Assembly (NCBI GenBank): GCA_963721455.1
Contig: CAVRJG010000025.1
Coordinates: 1 to 14,628 of the forward strand
Reading direction: 5' to 3'
DNA length: 14,628 nt
DNA from: an uncultured Methanosarcinaceae archaeon
GTDB taxonomy: Archaea > Halobacteriota > Methanosarcinia > Methanosarcinales > Methanosarcinaceae
Below are positions 1 through 9,189 of this stretch, piece by piece (the first letter of the stretch is position 1; every line of letters begins with the position of its first letter). Made by a program: the position numbers and the translations under genes. The notes under the pieces were generated by a model. The model searched no databases, was not told the DNA's origin, and worked only from the letters and a program-made list of their open reading frames with translations.

Positions 1-427
1 CATCCATTATGAATCCGGATCCGGTTTAGCTTCCAAGTAGGGTAATTGTTATTTCAGCGCCGGTCTCGTCCATGGGATACTCGCCATAAGGACGGAACAT
101 CAGCATTCTGGACCCTGCATCCAGTAATCCGTTCACAGGCTCTTTTGATGCAGAACTTCTGACTATTACGGTTTCTTCCGTAATGGTTGCATTATTCATA
201 GGCATATCGAATTCGATCCAGATAGGAGAATCATGCCTGAAAGCAAAGGTCTGCCTGTCAGGAAAATGGACTTTACCTTCGGAGGAGCCTGCCCGTATTT
301 GAAAGGAACGGAAAAAGATTTTAAAGCTTCAGGGAGGCACTTACTGCAGCAGCACATTTTTTTTAACAGCATATATAATGGCAGCTCCTGCAAATGCACC
401 CAGCAGGAATTTACACCATTTATTCAT
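1..427 (-). pseudogene. Disrupted membrane-anchored Ig-like (Big_5-type) domain protein; runs off the left edge
   Basis: Three frames join into one protein. ATG at 427 gives MNKWCKFLLGAFAGAAIIYAVKK, then a shift at the T8 run 357-364 gives MCCCSKCLPEALKSFSVPFKYGQAPPKVKSIF, then a shift at A4 263-266 gives PDRQTFAFRHDSPIWIEFDMPMNNATITEETVIVRSSASKEPVNGLLDAGSRMLMFRPYGEYPMDETGAEITITLLGS, stop at 26-28, then TGSGFIMD. The P-V-S..P...I.I.F..PM...TI...L.F.P pattern fits Big_5. A purine-rich GAGGAGAGG lies upstream. Confidence 0.65.
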
Positions 428-454
428 TTTATGCAGTTTATCCTCTCCTCAATC

Positions 455-790
455 TTATTCCACTTCGATTTTATGCCCACTCTTTTTAGCAGCATGTTTT
501 TTAAAAGCGTATATGATTGTAGCTCCTGCAAGCACACCGAGAATAATTTTACCGAATTTCATAATTGAAGACCCCTTACCGGCTTCACGTGATTCTATTT
601 CTTCTTCTGGTTCCGCTTCTACTTTTTTATGAGATTTTTCTGACTTGAGTTTCTTAAGGAGATATGCCCCAAGAGCCAGCTTAGCATATCTATGCATTGT
701 CCCTTTGCTCTTTTGAGATCCCCCTGCCTTAATTTTCTTCATTAAATATGCGCTCAGCAACAGCTTACCATATCTCTTCATATTTATCAA
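455..790 (-). CDS. Small Lys-rich hypothetical protein with three amphipathic/hydrophobic repeats
   Basis: 111-aa ORF with SD-like AAGGGGGT before the TTG (alternative start ATG at 781). Internal repeats: MKRYGKLLLSAYLMKKIK, MHRYAKLALGAYLLKKLK, MKFGKIILGVLAGATIIYAFKK. Confidence 0.75.
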   Translation of the reverse strand: MINMKRYGKLLLSAYLMKKIKAGGSQKSKGTMHRYAKLALGAYLLKKLKSEKSHKKVEAEPEEEIESREAGKGSSIMKFGKIILGVLAGATIIYAFKKHAAKKSGHKIEVE

Positions 791-1101
791 TCTTGTACCC
801 CCTTAAGATTTCCCTGACCGGAGAGTCCCTTATTTCTTCATTTCGTCCGGAAAGGAGAGTAATATTAACTTAATACTCCTGTATTTATCCTATAGCTCAC
901 ATATTATATAACGGCAACTATATAAGATATCTAATAATTTTTAACTGAAAACTGTCTCCAGATGCTGTCAAATACCCGGTGAAAATACCGGAGATTATAG
1001 TAAACTCACAAATTAATTTCACTTATAAAAACCAATTATAGTTTAAAAAGTAAATATTTACACTTAAATCACTATAGGTTTTGAATCATTATAAGTTTTA
1101 T

Positions 1102-1186
1102 AACTACGAAAAACACAGGCGTGCAGAAAAAATCCCGATCAAGACACCGTAACCACGGAAAACACGGGAACCACGGAAAACACGGA
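1102..1186. repeat. 18-bp tandem repeat AACCACGGAAAACACGGR (x2, plus a degenerate third copy)
   Basis: 1151-1168 and 1169-1186 differ only at the last base. A degenerate copy aactacgaaaaacacagg lies at 1102-1119. Confidence 0.85.
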
Positions 1187-1220
1187 AAAACTGTAATCTC
1201 GTAAAAGTCTTTCAATTAGT

Positions 1221-1323
1221 CCTCTCGAGCGCAGCGAGAATGACAGCGCACTGCAGAGCCGTAACTCTGCCGAGAAGGACAGCGCACTGCAGAGCCGCAA
1301 CTCTGCTGGCGCAACTCGGGAGG
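1221..1323. repeat. GC-rich REP-like intergenic element with an internal 36-bp tandem duplication
   Basis: Units 1235-1270 and 1271-1306 are identical at 34 of 36 positions. The ends cctctcgag and ctcgggagg form an imperfect inverted repeat. It resembles the dispersed Methanosarcina GAGCGCAGCGAGAAGGACAGCGCACTGC repeat (from recall). Confidence 0.75.
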
Positions 1324-1577
1324 TTTATCATTTTGTTTGGGATTACAGGCAACTCAACAATTAACTGCAATTTCAAGCGTCGTTTACAGTTATTGTTCTT
1401 GTTTATATGTTTAAATATTTACTGCGTTGACTATAATTAAGTACTTTTATTAAGCACCTTTTTACAGGTTTTTCTTTCAGTTTTCACAAATAATAAATAT
1501 AATGCAATAATATTTGTATAATTATATGTGTTAAGCTAATACTGTGTTTTGAATAACGTTTTTCTTGTTCCTAATGA

Positions 1578-1605
1578 AAAGTGTCTGGAACAAAGTGTCT
1601 GAAAC
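1578..1605. promoter_or_regulatory. 14-bp direct repeat AAAGTGTCTGRAAC just upstream of a TATA-like element; possible operator
   Basis: 1578-1591 and 1592-1605 match at 13 of 14 positions and are followed by AAATAAATATATTA (~1617-1630) ahead of the ATG at 1658. Confidence 0.45.
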
Positions 1606-1657
1606 CTAACAGAGAAAAATAAATATATTAGTAAAGTTACAACTTATTGATTAAATT

Positions 1658-2080
1658 ATGCCAGTTGACAACCTACATGAAGTTGTGTGCCCAAACCCTG
1701 AATGTGAATATTATCTCAAGGTGGAAGGAAACGCGATCATAAAACGCGGAAAATATAAGACCGGACACCAGAGGTATTATTGTAAACATTGTGGGAAATT
1801 TTTCATGGACACGATAGGTACCGCTGTTTATCGCAAACATCTGTCTGGAGATGAAATAAAGCTGATATATCGGCTTTTTCTTGAAAAAAATGGGATACGC
1901 AGTATTGAACGGATAACAGGGCACCATAGGGATACAATAAGCCATCTGATAAGAGACACGGTAAAAAACCAAAAAACGGAAGAATATCTGGTCAAACAGA
2001 TAGGGCTGACAGATGATGAATGCGAAAAGTTATGGATACTTCTAGAAAAAAAAAGAGAAACTTCCCGAAAATTACCCTGA
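1658..2080 (+). CDS. IS1-family InsA-like zinc-ribbon + HTH protein without a catalytic DDE domain
   Basis: Zinc ribbon CPNPEC...GHQRYYCKHC, HTH GIRSIERITGHHRDTI, and an A9 run at 2046-2054 where IS1 frameshift sites sit. The -1 frame stops at 2107-2109. No terminal inverted repeats were seen. Confidence 0.8.
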   Translation: MPVDNLHEVVCPNPECEYYLKVEGNAIIKRGKYKTGHQRYYCKHCGKFFMDTIGTAVYRKHLSGDEIKLIYRLFLEKNGIRSIERITGHHRDTISHLIRDTVKNQKTEEYLVKQIGLTDDECEKLWILLEKKRETSRKLP

Positions 2081-2147
2081 AAAAAACAGGTGCAAAATTA
2101 TGTATCTAAACTTGAGTAAGCCGGTGTAGTATCGGAATTATATTTCC

Positions 2148-2188
2148 CATTATCCACAAAAGGACATTATCTCACAAAAGGACATTAT
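2148..2188. repeat. 16-bp direct repeat CACAAAAGGACATTAT x2
   Basis: Identical copies at 2155-2170 and 2173-2188, preceded by a partial CATTATC. Confidence 0.85.
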
Positions 2189-2728
2189 AATACACTGGCA
2201 GTAAACAAGTATTGTACATAGGGGCATCTATCTCATACTCCAGTACCCATTGAAGGTACCTGAAGATATTCGGCAGGATAGTTCCAAAGGTTGTTTTTCG
2301 GACTGTAAATCCAGAAGTTTGATAATATATAACGAATTGATTGCCGAGTAGCAAAAGCCATCTAAACCGATGGGTGTCCAGCCTTCGGCTTACAGTTTTA
2401 TAGCTTGAGCTATAAAGAATGCCTGAATTACATTACTTTTTTAAGATTATTAAATGAAATTTTAATAGGTTGATTTTACTTTGAGAAATAATTTTTCAGA
2501 GCTGATTTGAGATCTTTACAAATATTTGAAAGATCCACAAGTATTTTATAGAAGGACATTTAATAGAACTTATGCACTTTATAAAGAAATCTACTCCCTT
2601 GCAGTCAGTTGAAGAATTATGATTCGTATAGCCAATAATCTTACGCTGTTGATGTTGCAGGGGCCTGGAACCTTGAGTGCTTCAGTTAAAAAATTATAAT
2701 TCTTGATAAAAAGAAAGGAGCCAGACAT

Positions 2729-3997
2729 ATGAGTAAAAGTACAGCATTGAAGGCAATATTCCAGCTTTTATGTGTGTTGCTTTGCCTGGTACCAATACCA
2801 GCTGCATTTGCTCAACCGGAAGAGCTTAACGGAAATGTAATTTACGAAAACGGGACTTACGAAAATGTGACTCCTTATTCAGGAGTAATAATTACTGAGG
2901 GTCCCATAGTACATGAGATAAATCCGTATTACTATGATGATTACATACAGCAGGGGAAAAGCAACAACTTCAATGTGAGTTTCAGAAACAATGGTAATGA
3001 AGCTCTCGATATAAAACCGAAAATTGTACCCGCGCCTTACACTAATAGCAACCTTAGCGAAAGCTGGGTCACTATCTCCCCAACAAACATAACTGTAAAT
3101 GCGGGTGAAGAACAGAACTTTGCCGTCGGAATAACCATCCCGGAAGATGAGGATGGCGGGAGATATGAAGCCTCTATAGCTTTCACAGATGATATTGATC
3201 CGAATACCTCCCAATACGTCAATGTAATGTACCTTTCTGTAGGAGTTCCTATTATTCCGAAGCTGGAGGTTCAGACGAGTTATCTCTCTGATACCATTGA
3301 ACCTGGAAAGGAATATGAATACGCGATAAAAATCAAAAATGTGGCAGACAAGGATGTAACTATTGATCCGAAAGCTACCACCTACGGTATGTATGATGGT
3401 TCATTTAATACATTTGCTCTAAGCGATGATGCGATAGTGATCTCTGCACCTTCAATCATAAAAGCAGGTGAAATCACTAACATGAGCATCTTTACTTCGG
3501 TTCCGGAAAATGCGACAGGAGCTTACAACGGGTACATCGAAATGAACCCTGATGGGAAAGAGAATGACGGATCCGCCCCGCAAATAGGTCTGAGCTTTGT
3601 GGTTGAACGGCCGCCTGCAGTTCCTTACGTAAAAACCTTTAACACCATGACCGCCGACCCGATAACGATTGAAGTTTCGACTGATGCTTATGGCCTGGAT
3701 ATGTTGCCGCGTATCTCACCGAAAAAGGAAGAACCATCTTTGGAATTAAACCTGAAATACAATTCCAGCCCTGTTAATATGACCCTTGTAAAAACAACTC
3801 AAAGCAGCAATGTAAATAATGAAGGGTACAACTTCCCCATCTGGGCAATGGACGATAGCATGACCTATCAGAGTTATAACAACCACTATGTCGAAACCTA
3901 TACAATACCCGGAGCAATCGGAGATTGGGAACTTTCAATTCTCCCGAAAAATACGAATAGTTTTGACTATTCGATAACTGTCGGGAATTCAAAATAA
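2729..3997 (+). CDS. Secreted/cell-surface protein with tandem Ig-like beta-sandwich domains (NEW3/COG1470-like)
   Basis: 422 aa with SD AAGGAG and an N-terminal signal peptide (..IPAAFA|Q). Two similar modules: FNVSFRNNGN..WVTISP..V.AGE..IP..GRYEASI and Y.IKIKNV..I.AGE..VP..GAYNGYI. Many N-x-S/T sequons. Confidence 0.85.
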   Translation: MSKSTALKAIFQLLCVLLCLVPIPAAFAQPEELNGNVIYENGTYENVTPYSGVIITEGPIVHEINPYYYDDYIQQGKSNNFNVSFRNNGNEALDIKPKIVPAPYTNSNLSESWVTISPTNITVNAGEEQNFAVGITIPEDEDGGRYEASIAFTDDIDPNTSQYVNVMYLSVGVPIIPKLEVQTSYLSDTIEPGKEYEYAIKIKNVADKDVTIDPKATTYGMYDGSFNTFALSDDAIVISAPSIIKAGEITNMSIFTSVPENATGAYNGYIEMNPDGKENDGSAPQIGLSFVVERPPAVPYVKTFNTMTADPITIEVSTDAYGLDMLPRISPKKEEPSLELNLKYNSSPVNMTLVKTTQSSNVNNEGYNFPIWAMDDSMTYQSYNNHYVETYTIPGAIGDWELSILPKNTNSFDYSITVGNSK

Positions 3998-4217
3998 AAA
4001 GCATGAGTGCATATTAAAGCGGAAAAATTATGAGAAGTTGGCAGGATTGGTTTAAGTTATTCCTGGGTCCTGTTATCTATATTCTTTAATTTTTCCATTT
4101 TTTGTATTTTCTTTTTTACTTACTTTTTTCATTTTCCAATTATCCTTTTTTACCAGTGAAAAAGAAACCTCAGATTACAGTTTTTATTTTTTGTAATGAG
4201 AGTTTTGATGCAATACA

Positions 4218-4353
4218 AAGAATCCATGTGGATTCGGTTAAGGTACAAAACGCCAAAAAGTGTTATTTTTTGTGTAATATATCTAAGAATTATGTTGGAA
4301 AATCGCTATACGTGGTATTCGAAGTTGTGCATAAAATTCGTTAACCGATGACC
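4218..4353 (-). mobile_element. One-ended copy of the MITE/IS end found at 13421-13607 (inverted orientation)
   Basis: The reverse complement of 4273-4353 is identical to 13421-13501 (81/81), and the next 55 nt match at 43 of 55. It carries the GGTCATCGGTTAAC terminus. No second end was found. Confidence 0.85.
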
Positions 4354-4497
4354 AATGACAAAGAGTCAAACATTTTTCCGACCCCAAAACACGTGCCGAA
4401 AAAAGTGCCCAAGCCTCCGTTATTCAGTATCTTTCCGTGCTGTCGGTGGTTTACCTGCTGGTCTAAAATGGTTGAGGAACTTTGACACCTGAATATA

Positions 4498-4510
4498 GAA
4501 ATCTTTATAT
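4498..4510 (+). promoter_or_regulatory. BRE/TATA promoter of the DUF1015 gene, probably giving a leaderless mRNA
   Basis: GAAATC-TTTATAT ends 24 nt before the ATG at 4534, and there is no SD-like sequence in between. Confidence 0.55.
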
Positions 4511-4533
4511 CCTCTTTCTTTTTTTAACTAACT

Positions 4534-5718
4534 ATGATTTTACATGTTCCTTGTATTCTTCTTCCAAAGGACAATTGGGAAGAATGGGCAGTGATTGCCT
4601 GTGACCAGCATACTCAGGATATGGAGTACTGGAAAAGAGTTGAAGAATTTATTGGAAATACTCCTTCGACTTTTAATCTTATTTATCCGGAAATATATCT
4701 TCCTTTAGATGAAAAAAGAGTAAATAAGATTCATAAAGCTATAAGCAATTACAAAAAAATTCTTGTTGATCATGGCCCCTGCTTTATTCTTGTAAAGCGT
4801 TCTGTCGAAGGTAAGGAAAGAACCGGGCTTGTAGCTGCAATCGACCTGGAAAAATATGAATTCAACGGGTCTGATTCCTTTATCAAACCAACGGAAGGGA
4901 CTATTAAAGAAAGGCTTCCCGCAAGAGTCAGGATCAGAGAAAATGCGGAATTGGAGCTTTCGCATATTTTAGTATTGTATGATGATCCTGACTTTTCTGT
5001 AATTCCCAGAATTACGGATGATCCGGTTTATGAAGGCAATCAGGTCTATGATTTTGATTTGATGGAAAAGGGCGGCCATATCACTGGCTATAAGATCAGT
5101 GATGAAAAAACAATTAAGGAAATCTCGGATAAAATTCTAAGCCTGGGAACCCTTCTTGTTGGCGATGGAAATCACAGCCTTGCTGCGGCAAAGAGTTTCT
5201 GGGAGAAAATAAAAGGAACCGTGCCGGACAACCATCCTGCAAGATATGCAATGGTTGAACTTGTAAATATTCATGACCCGGGGCTTACCTTTGAGCCAAT
5301 TCACAGGGTTGTAAGCGGGGTTGAGCCTGAAGAGCTGCTCAAAAAGTTCAATGCAAGGATTGAAGAATCCCGGGCCTGTCATTCAACTGCTGATCTTTCA
5401 GCTGCAGGGCATTCAATCGGGTTTATTACAAAAGACAGGTGCGGTGTACTTGTTTTTGATAATCCAGCAAACGACCTTGAGGTCGAAACCCTTGATGAGG
5501 TCATTGATAATTATTCAGTCGAATATGAGCACGACCCTGAAATAGTAGAGAAGCTCGGAAAAGAGCAGGGTAATACCGGTTTTTTTCTTCCTCCCTTAAA
5601 AAAGAGCGAATTCTTTTCTCTCATAAAAAAGAAAGGTGTTCTTCCGAGAAAATCATTTTCTCTTGGAAAAGAAAATGAAAAGAGATATTATATCGAGGCT
5701 AGAAAGATTACTCCATAA
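4534..5718 (+). CDS. DUF1015 family protein (ParB/Srx-like fold)
   Basis: 394 aa with family-type motifs WAVIACDQ, IKPTEGTI.ERLP.R, VGDGNH, ELVNIHDPGL.FEPIHRV and LPRKSFS.G...EKRYY.EARKI. Confidence 0.9.
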   Translation: MILHVPCILLPKDNWEEWAVIACDQHTQDMEYWKRVEEFIGNTPSTFNLIYPEIYLPLDEKRVNKIHKAISNYKKILVDHGPCFILVKRSVEGKERTGLVAAIDLEKYEFNGSDSFIKPTEGTIKERLPARVRIRENAELELSHILVLYDDPDFSVIPRITDDPVYEGNQVYDFDLMEKGGHITGYKISDEKTIKEISDKILSLGTLLVGDGNHSLAAAKSFWEKIKGTVPDNHPARYAMVELVNIHDPGLTFEPIHRVVSGVEPEELLKKFNARIEESRACHSTADLSAAGHSIGFITKDRCGVLVFDNPANDLEVETLDEVIDNYSVEYEHDPEIVEKLGKEQGNTGFFLPPLKKSEFFSLIKKKGVLPRKSFSLGKENEKRYYIEARKITP

Positions 5719-6184
5719 CCTTTTTCCTTATCCTGTTATCTCTTTCAATTTTTCTTTATATCAGAATGATAAATGCAATCTATAGTCTCCCGAATGGCGC
5801 AAAGAGTAGAAAGAGGTATTCGAGCTAACCCGGAACGAGGAAAAAACACTTCTGAAGACTTTTCCCTTATTCTACCCGATTTGAAGCCCTATCGTTCCAG
5901 TTTTCGGGTGAAATGTGTACTTTAATTTTACTAAGTTTAACTTGCCCGTTTATCCGATCGCTTATGCTTAATTAGTATATATCTTTTAAATGTAGAATTA
6001 GCCGTGCTTTGATTGTGATAAGTGGGAAGAACTTAGAAGAGTTATCTGTAATTTTAAAAAGGACGATCCCAATTAAAAACGAATGTCTATTCATGAGAAA
6101 GCGACTTACTTTGACAGTCAAATTATAAATACCTTTAATCTAATAATTGATTTATCGGTTAAATAACCACTGGGGGAGTGAAGC

Positions 6185-6340
6185 ATACCGGATTTGATAG
6201 GGCTTGCTGTATTATTTCTAATACTAGCACTGGTTGCATATATAATGGGCGCACGGGGGATTGCCGGTTTCTCTATGGAGATTGCAAGGTGGCTCGTCAT
6301 AATCTTTATTATACTAGCCATTCTCTCGATTTTCTTATGA
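6185..6340 (+). CDS. DUF1328 / UPF0391 (YtjA-like) small two-helix membrane protein; not in the ORF track
   Basis: Translates to (I/M)[50 protein letters not shown]. The A..LG..GIAG....IA..L pattern is typical of the family. SD GGGGGAGTGA at 6172-6181. The start is ATA at 6185 or TTG at 6194. Confidence 0.9.
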   Translation: MPDLIGLAVLFLILALVAYIMGARGIAGFSMEIARWLVIIFIILAILSIFL

Positions 6341-6887
6341 CGGCAATCTCTGACGAAATGAATGTTAAGTTCGAAATTCATAACGCAAATCGGGGTGATA
6401 GACAGACATCATCGAAGACGGTTTACTCTTTAAAGTGTAGCGATTCCTGACAATTAACCTCTCAGGCACATTGAAGTTTAATTTATTTCCTTTCCTTTAT
6501 CAATTTTTTTAGAAAATTCTAAAAAATATAGGACTTCTTCCGCATTTTCAATGAACTTAATTTCTCTGGTTAAACTATTTGCCAGTTGAGCCAGAGATAA
6601 AGGCAATTAAAACTTTTTTATAAGTTAAACGATGTTTATTACGGAAGAAGATATGCGCATTCAATAAATGCGTGAACTGTCAAATTAGCCTTAATTGAGT
6701 TAATTTAACTTAAATCGGCTTCGATAAAGGACAGCTTATCAGTTCACTACCCTTTAAGTGTACTAATTATTATCCTTGTACTAATCTATAATATTAGTTT
6801 ATACCAATATATTTATATTGTTTGTAGGAATCCCCCGCTTAACTAATCGAAGTATCATCCATACTTTGAATGTACTGGGGAATCAAA

Positions 6888-8996
6888 GTGAACAGATTAA
6901 TCATTTTATTGGCAACTTTTCTTATCTTAACATTAGGCTCGGGTATCGGAACTGCAGCTGAGATTTATGTCCAGCCCGGAGATTCGATACAAACGGCAGT
7001 GGACAATGCAATTTCAGGCGATGTGATTATCTTAAAACCCGGAACCTATACCGAAAATGTCAAAATAAACAAGGATGATCTCGTAATAAGGTCGGAGTCC
7101 GGGAATCCTGATGATACAATAATCACGGCTAAAAGCTCAAGCAATCATGTGCTTGCCCTGCAAGCAGATAACGTGAAAATTAGCGGGCTTGAGATTACAG
7201 GAACAAAAGAAAGCTATACAGGAATCTACCTGTCCGGCTGTAATAACTGCATCATTGATAACAACAAAATTTTGAACAACGGTTATGGAATTTATCTTCT
7301 GAATTCTAAAGGCAACACGCTCTCAAATAATAAGGTTACGAATAACGGAGAATACGGGATCTTATTCTCAATAGCCAGCAACAATACCCTCTCCGGAAAT
7401 ACGGCTTCTGACAATAAAGGCCGTGGCATCCATATAGGTACTTCTGACGGCAACACGCTCTCAGGCAATACCATGTCTTCAAATGGCGTTTACGGCCTGT
7501 TTGTCTGTTCCAAGAGCGATAATAACCTTGTTTTTAACAACTATTTCAATAATACCGTCAATGCAGAAATTAAAAACGGAATCGGAAATTCGTACAATAC
7601 CACAAAAACCGAAGGTACGAATATTGTCGGCGGTTCCTACTTTGGAGGTAATTTCTGGGCAGAACCTGATGGTTCAGGTTTTTCTGAAACCGCAATAGAT
7701 ACGGATGGAGATGGCATTGCGGATTCTGCATATAGACTCGCTAACAGTATCTATTCTGACCAGTTGCCTCTTGTATCTGCATCCATGCCTCAGCAGCCAG
7801 TATTTCCGGTAGCAGATTTCAAAATGGACAATAGTAGCGGTCCTGCTCCTCTTTCCGTCCAGTTTACCGACCTGTCAGAAAATGCAGTTTCGTGGAGCTG
7901 GGATTTTGAAAACGACGGAAATATTGACTCTATAGACGAAAATCCGGTTTATACGTTTACAACGCCGGGAACTTATACCGTCACCCTCACTGTCACCAAT
8001 GAAAATGGAGCGGCTTCCAAAACTGCCACGGTAACTGTTACGCAAGCCATGGAAAATAATTCCGCAAACAACGTAACCGGGGATAATGTAACTGAAAACA
8101 CCGGAACCGGAGATAATATTACTGAAAATATTACTGAAAATAGCGGGACTGAAAGCAGCAGCGGAGATAATGTAGCCGGAGACAGTCAAGCGAGTGGCGG
8201 TGGAACCGATTACAGTCAAACTGAGGACAGCGGAACTGAAGATGATGGAAGCAGCAGTGGTGGAAGCAGCCACAGCAGCGGTGGCGGCGGCGGTGCAGGC
8301 GGTTCCCCTGAACCTGCAAAAAATGTTGAGGTAAAGGAAATTTCACAGACATTTATCTCAAACGACAAAAATATAAAGTTTGATTTCGCAAAGAACGCAA
8401 CCTGTGTTGTGTATGTGAACTTTGACGCAAAAAAGACAGTTGGTAAGACAACAGCCATAGTCGAGATGTTAAAAGAAAAATCCTCACTTGTCTCCGAGCT
8501 GCCTTCAGGCGAGGTCTACAGGTCTTTTAATATCTGGGTCGGAAACGGCGGGTATGCAACCTCTGAGAATATCGAAAATTCGACCATATATTTCAAGGTT
8601 GAAAAATCCTGGATACAGGAAAAGAACATCAATAAATCTTTTATCACCTTCAACAGGTACGACGACGGGAAATGGGAGCAATTGCCAGTAAGCCTGTCAG
8701 AGGAAGATGACAGATTCCTGTATTTCACAGCACAAACCCCCGGCTTCTCATTCTTTGCAATAACAGGTAAGAATGAGGAGGAAGAAACTGCAGTAACTGA
8801 TTCACCGCCTGGTCCACAGCCTGGATCGAAAGCTAACGACCTTAACGGAGAGAATACTGACGTTATAAACAGGTCAAATGTTGAACAGGCACTTGAAAAA
8901 AGAGCAAGCGCACGCTCTCCTGGATTTGAAACGGTTTACGGAGTTATTTCCCTTCTTGCCTTATTCCTGTACAAAAAAGTAAAACCAGGAAATTAA
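6888..8996 (+). CDS. Cell-surface protein: NosD/right-handed beta-helix + PKD + Ser/Gly linker + PGF-pre-PGF domain + PGF-CTERM
   Basis: Signal peptide, IYVQPGDSIQ.AV..A..GD.I...PGTYTEN, Asn-rich GI.L..S..NT repeats, GGNFW..PDG.GFS, PKD WSWDF..DG, GGGGAGGSPEP.KNV, TPGFSFFAITG and a C-terminal SPGF + hydrophobic helix + KK (archaeosortase signal). GTG 6888 after GGGGA is preferred over ATG 6870. Confidence 0.95.
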   Translation: MNRLIILLATFLILTLGSGIGTAAEIYVQPGDSIQTAVDNAISGDVIILKPGTYTENVKINKDDLVIRSESGNPDDTIITAKSSSNHVLALQADNVKISGLEITGTKESYTGIYLSGCNNCIIDNNKILNNGYGIYLLNSKGNTLSNNKVTNNGEYGILFSIASNNTLSGNTASDNKGRGIHIGTSDGNTLSGNTMSSNGVYGLFVCSKSDNNLVFNNYFNNTVNAEIKNGIGNSYNTTKTEGTNIVGGSYFGGNFWAEPDGSGFSETAIDTDGDGIADSAYRLANSIYSDQLPLVSASMPQQPVFPVADFKMDNSSGPAPLSVQFTDLSENAVSWSWDFENDGNIDSIDENPVYTFTTPGTYTVTLTVTNENGAASKTATVTVTQAMENNSANNVTGDNVTENTGTGDNITENITENSGTESSSGDNVAGDSQASGGGTDYSQTEDSGTEDDGSSSGGSSHSSGGGGGAGGSPEPAKNVEVKEISQTFISNDKNIKFDFAKNATCVVYVNFDAKKTVGKTTAIVEMLKEKSSLVSELPSGEVYRSFNIWVGNGGYATSENIENSTIYFKVEKSWIQEKNINKSFITFNRYDDGKWEQLPVSLSEEDDRFLYFTAQTPGFSFFAITGKNEEEETAVTDSPPGPQPGSKANDLNGENTDVINRSNVEQALEKRASARSPGFETVYGVISLLALFLYKKVKPGN

Positions 8997-9008
8997 TTAG
9001 AGACAGAG

Positions 9009-9052
9009 ACAAAAGGATTAAATAAAAACAACAAAACGATTAAATAAAAGCA
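9009..9052. repeat. 22-bp tandem duplication in the 3' region of the surface-protein gene
   Basis: acaaaaggattaaataaaaaca (9009-9030) and acaaaacgattaaataaaagca (9031-9052) match at 20 of 22 positions. Confidence 0.75.
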
Positions 9053-9056
9053 ACAG

Positions 9057-9098
9057 AATGAGGGTTTTAGACCTTCATTTTCTTTTTTGCAGTTTTTT
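9057..9098 (+). terminator. Hairpin plus oligo-T terminator candidate
   Basis: AATGAGGGT pairs with ACCTTCATT, followed by TTCTTTTTTG and a further T6 run. Confidence 0.55.
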
Positions 9099-9189
9099 AC
9101 CTGGGTAAACTGAGAGAGTATCTGAACTCTTGTTTGCCCGGTATTGATAAACAATTTTTTAGATAATATTTTTATCCTGCATTCGGCAG

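Noticed and set aside
233-632. Plus-strand ORFs 233-568 and 378-632
   Set aside because: They are antisense to better-supported minus-strand genes, and their repeats mirror those genes.
1102-1323. CRISPR array
   Set aside because: The repeats are directly adjacent with no unique spacers, there are only two to three units, and no cas genes are present.
2172-2400. Minus-strand 60-aa ORF or possible gene remnant
   Set aside because: There is no clear SD or family motif. Protein-like pieces appear in several frames but are not identifiable.
2594-2664. Long imperfect hairpin upstream of the secreted-protein gene (riboswitch-like)
   Set aside because: The pairing needs many bulges and wobbles, and no known motif is present.
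6118-6450. Tracked ORFs 6118-6381 (-) and 6178-6450 (+)
   Set aside because: They are shadows of the DUF1328 gene, which is in a different frame.
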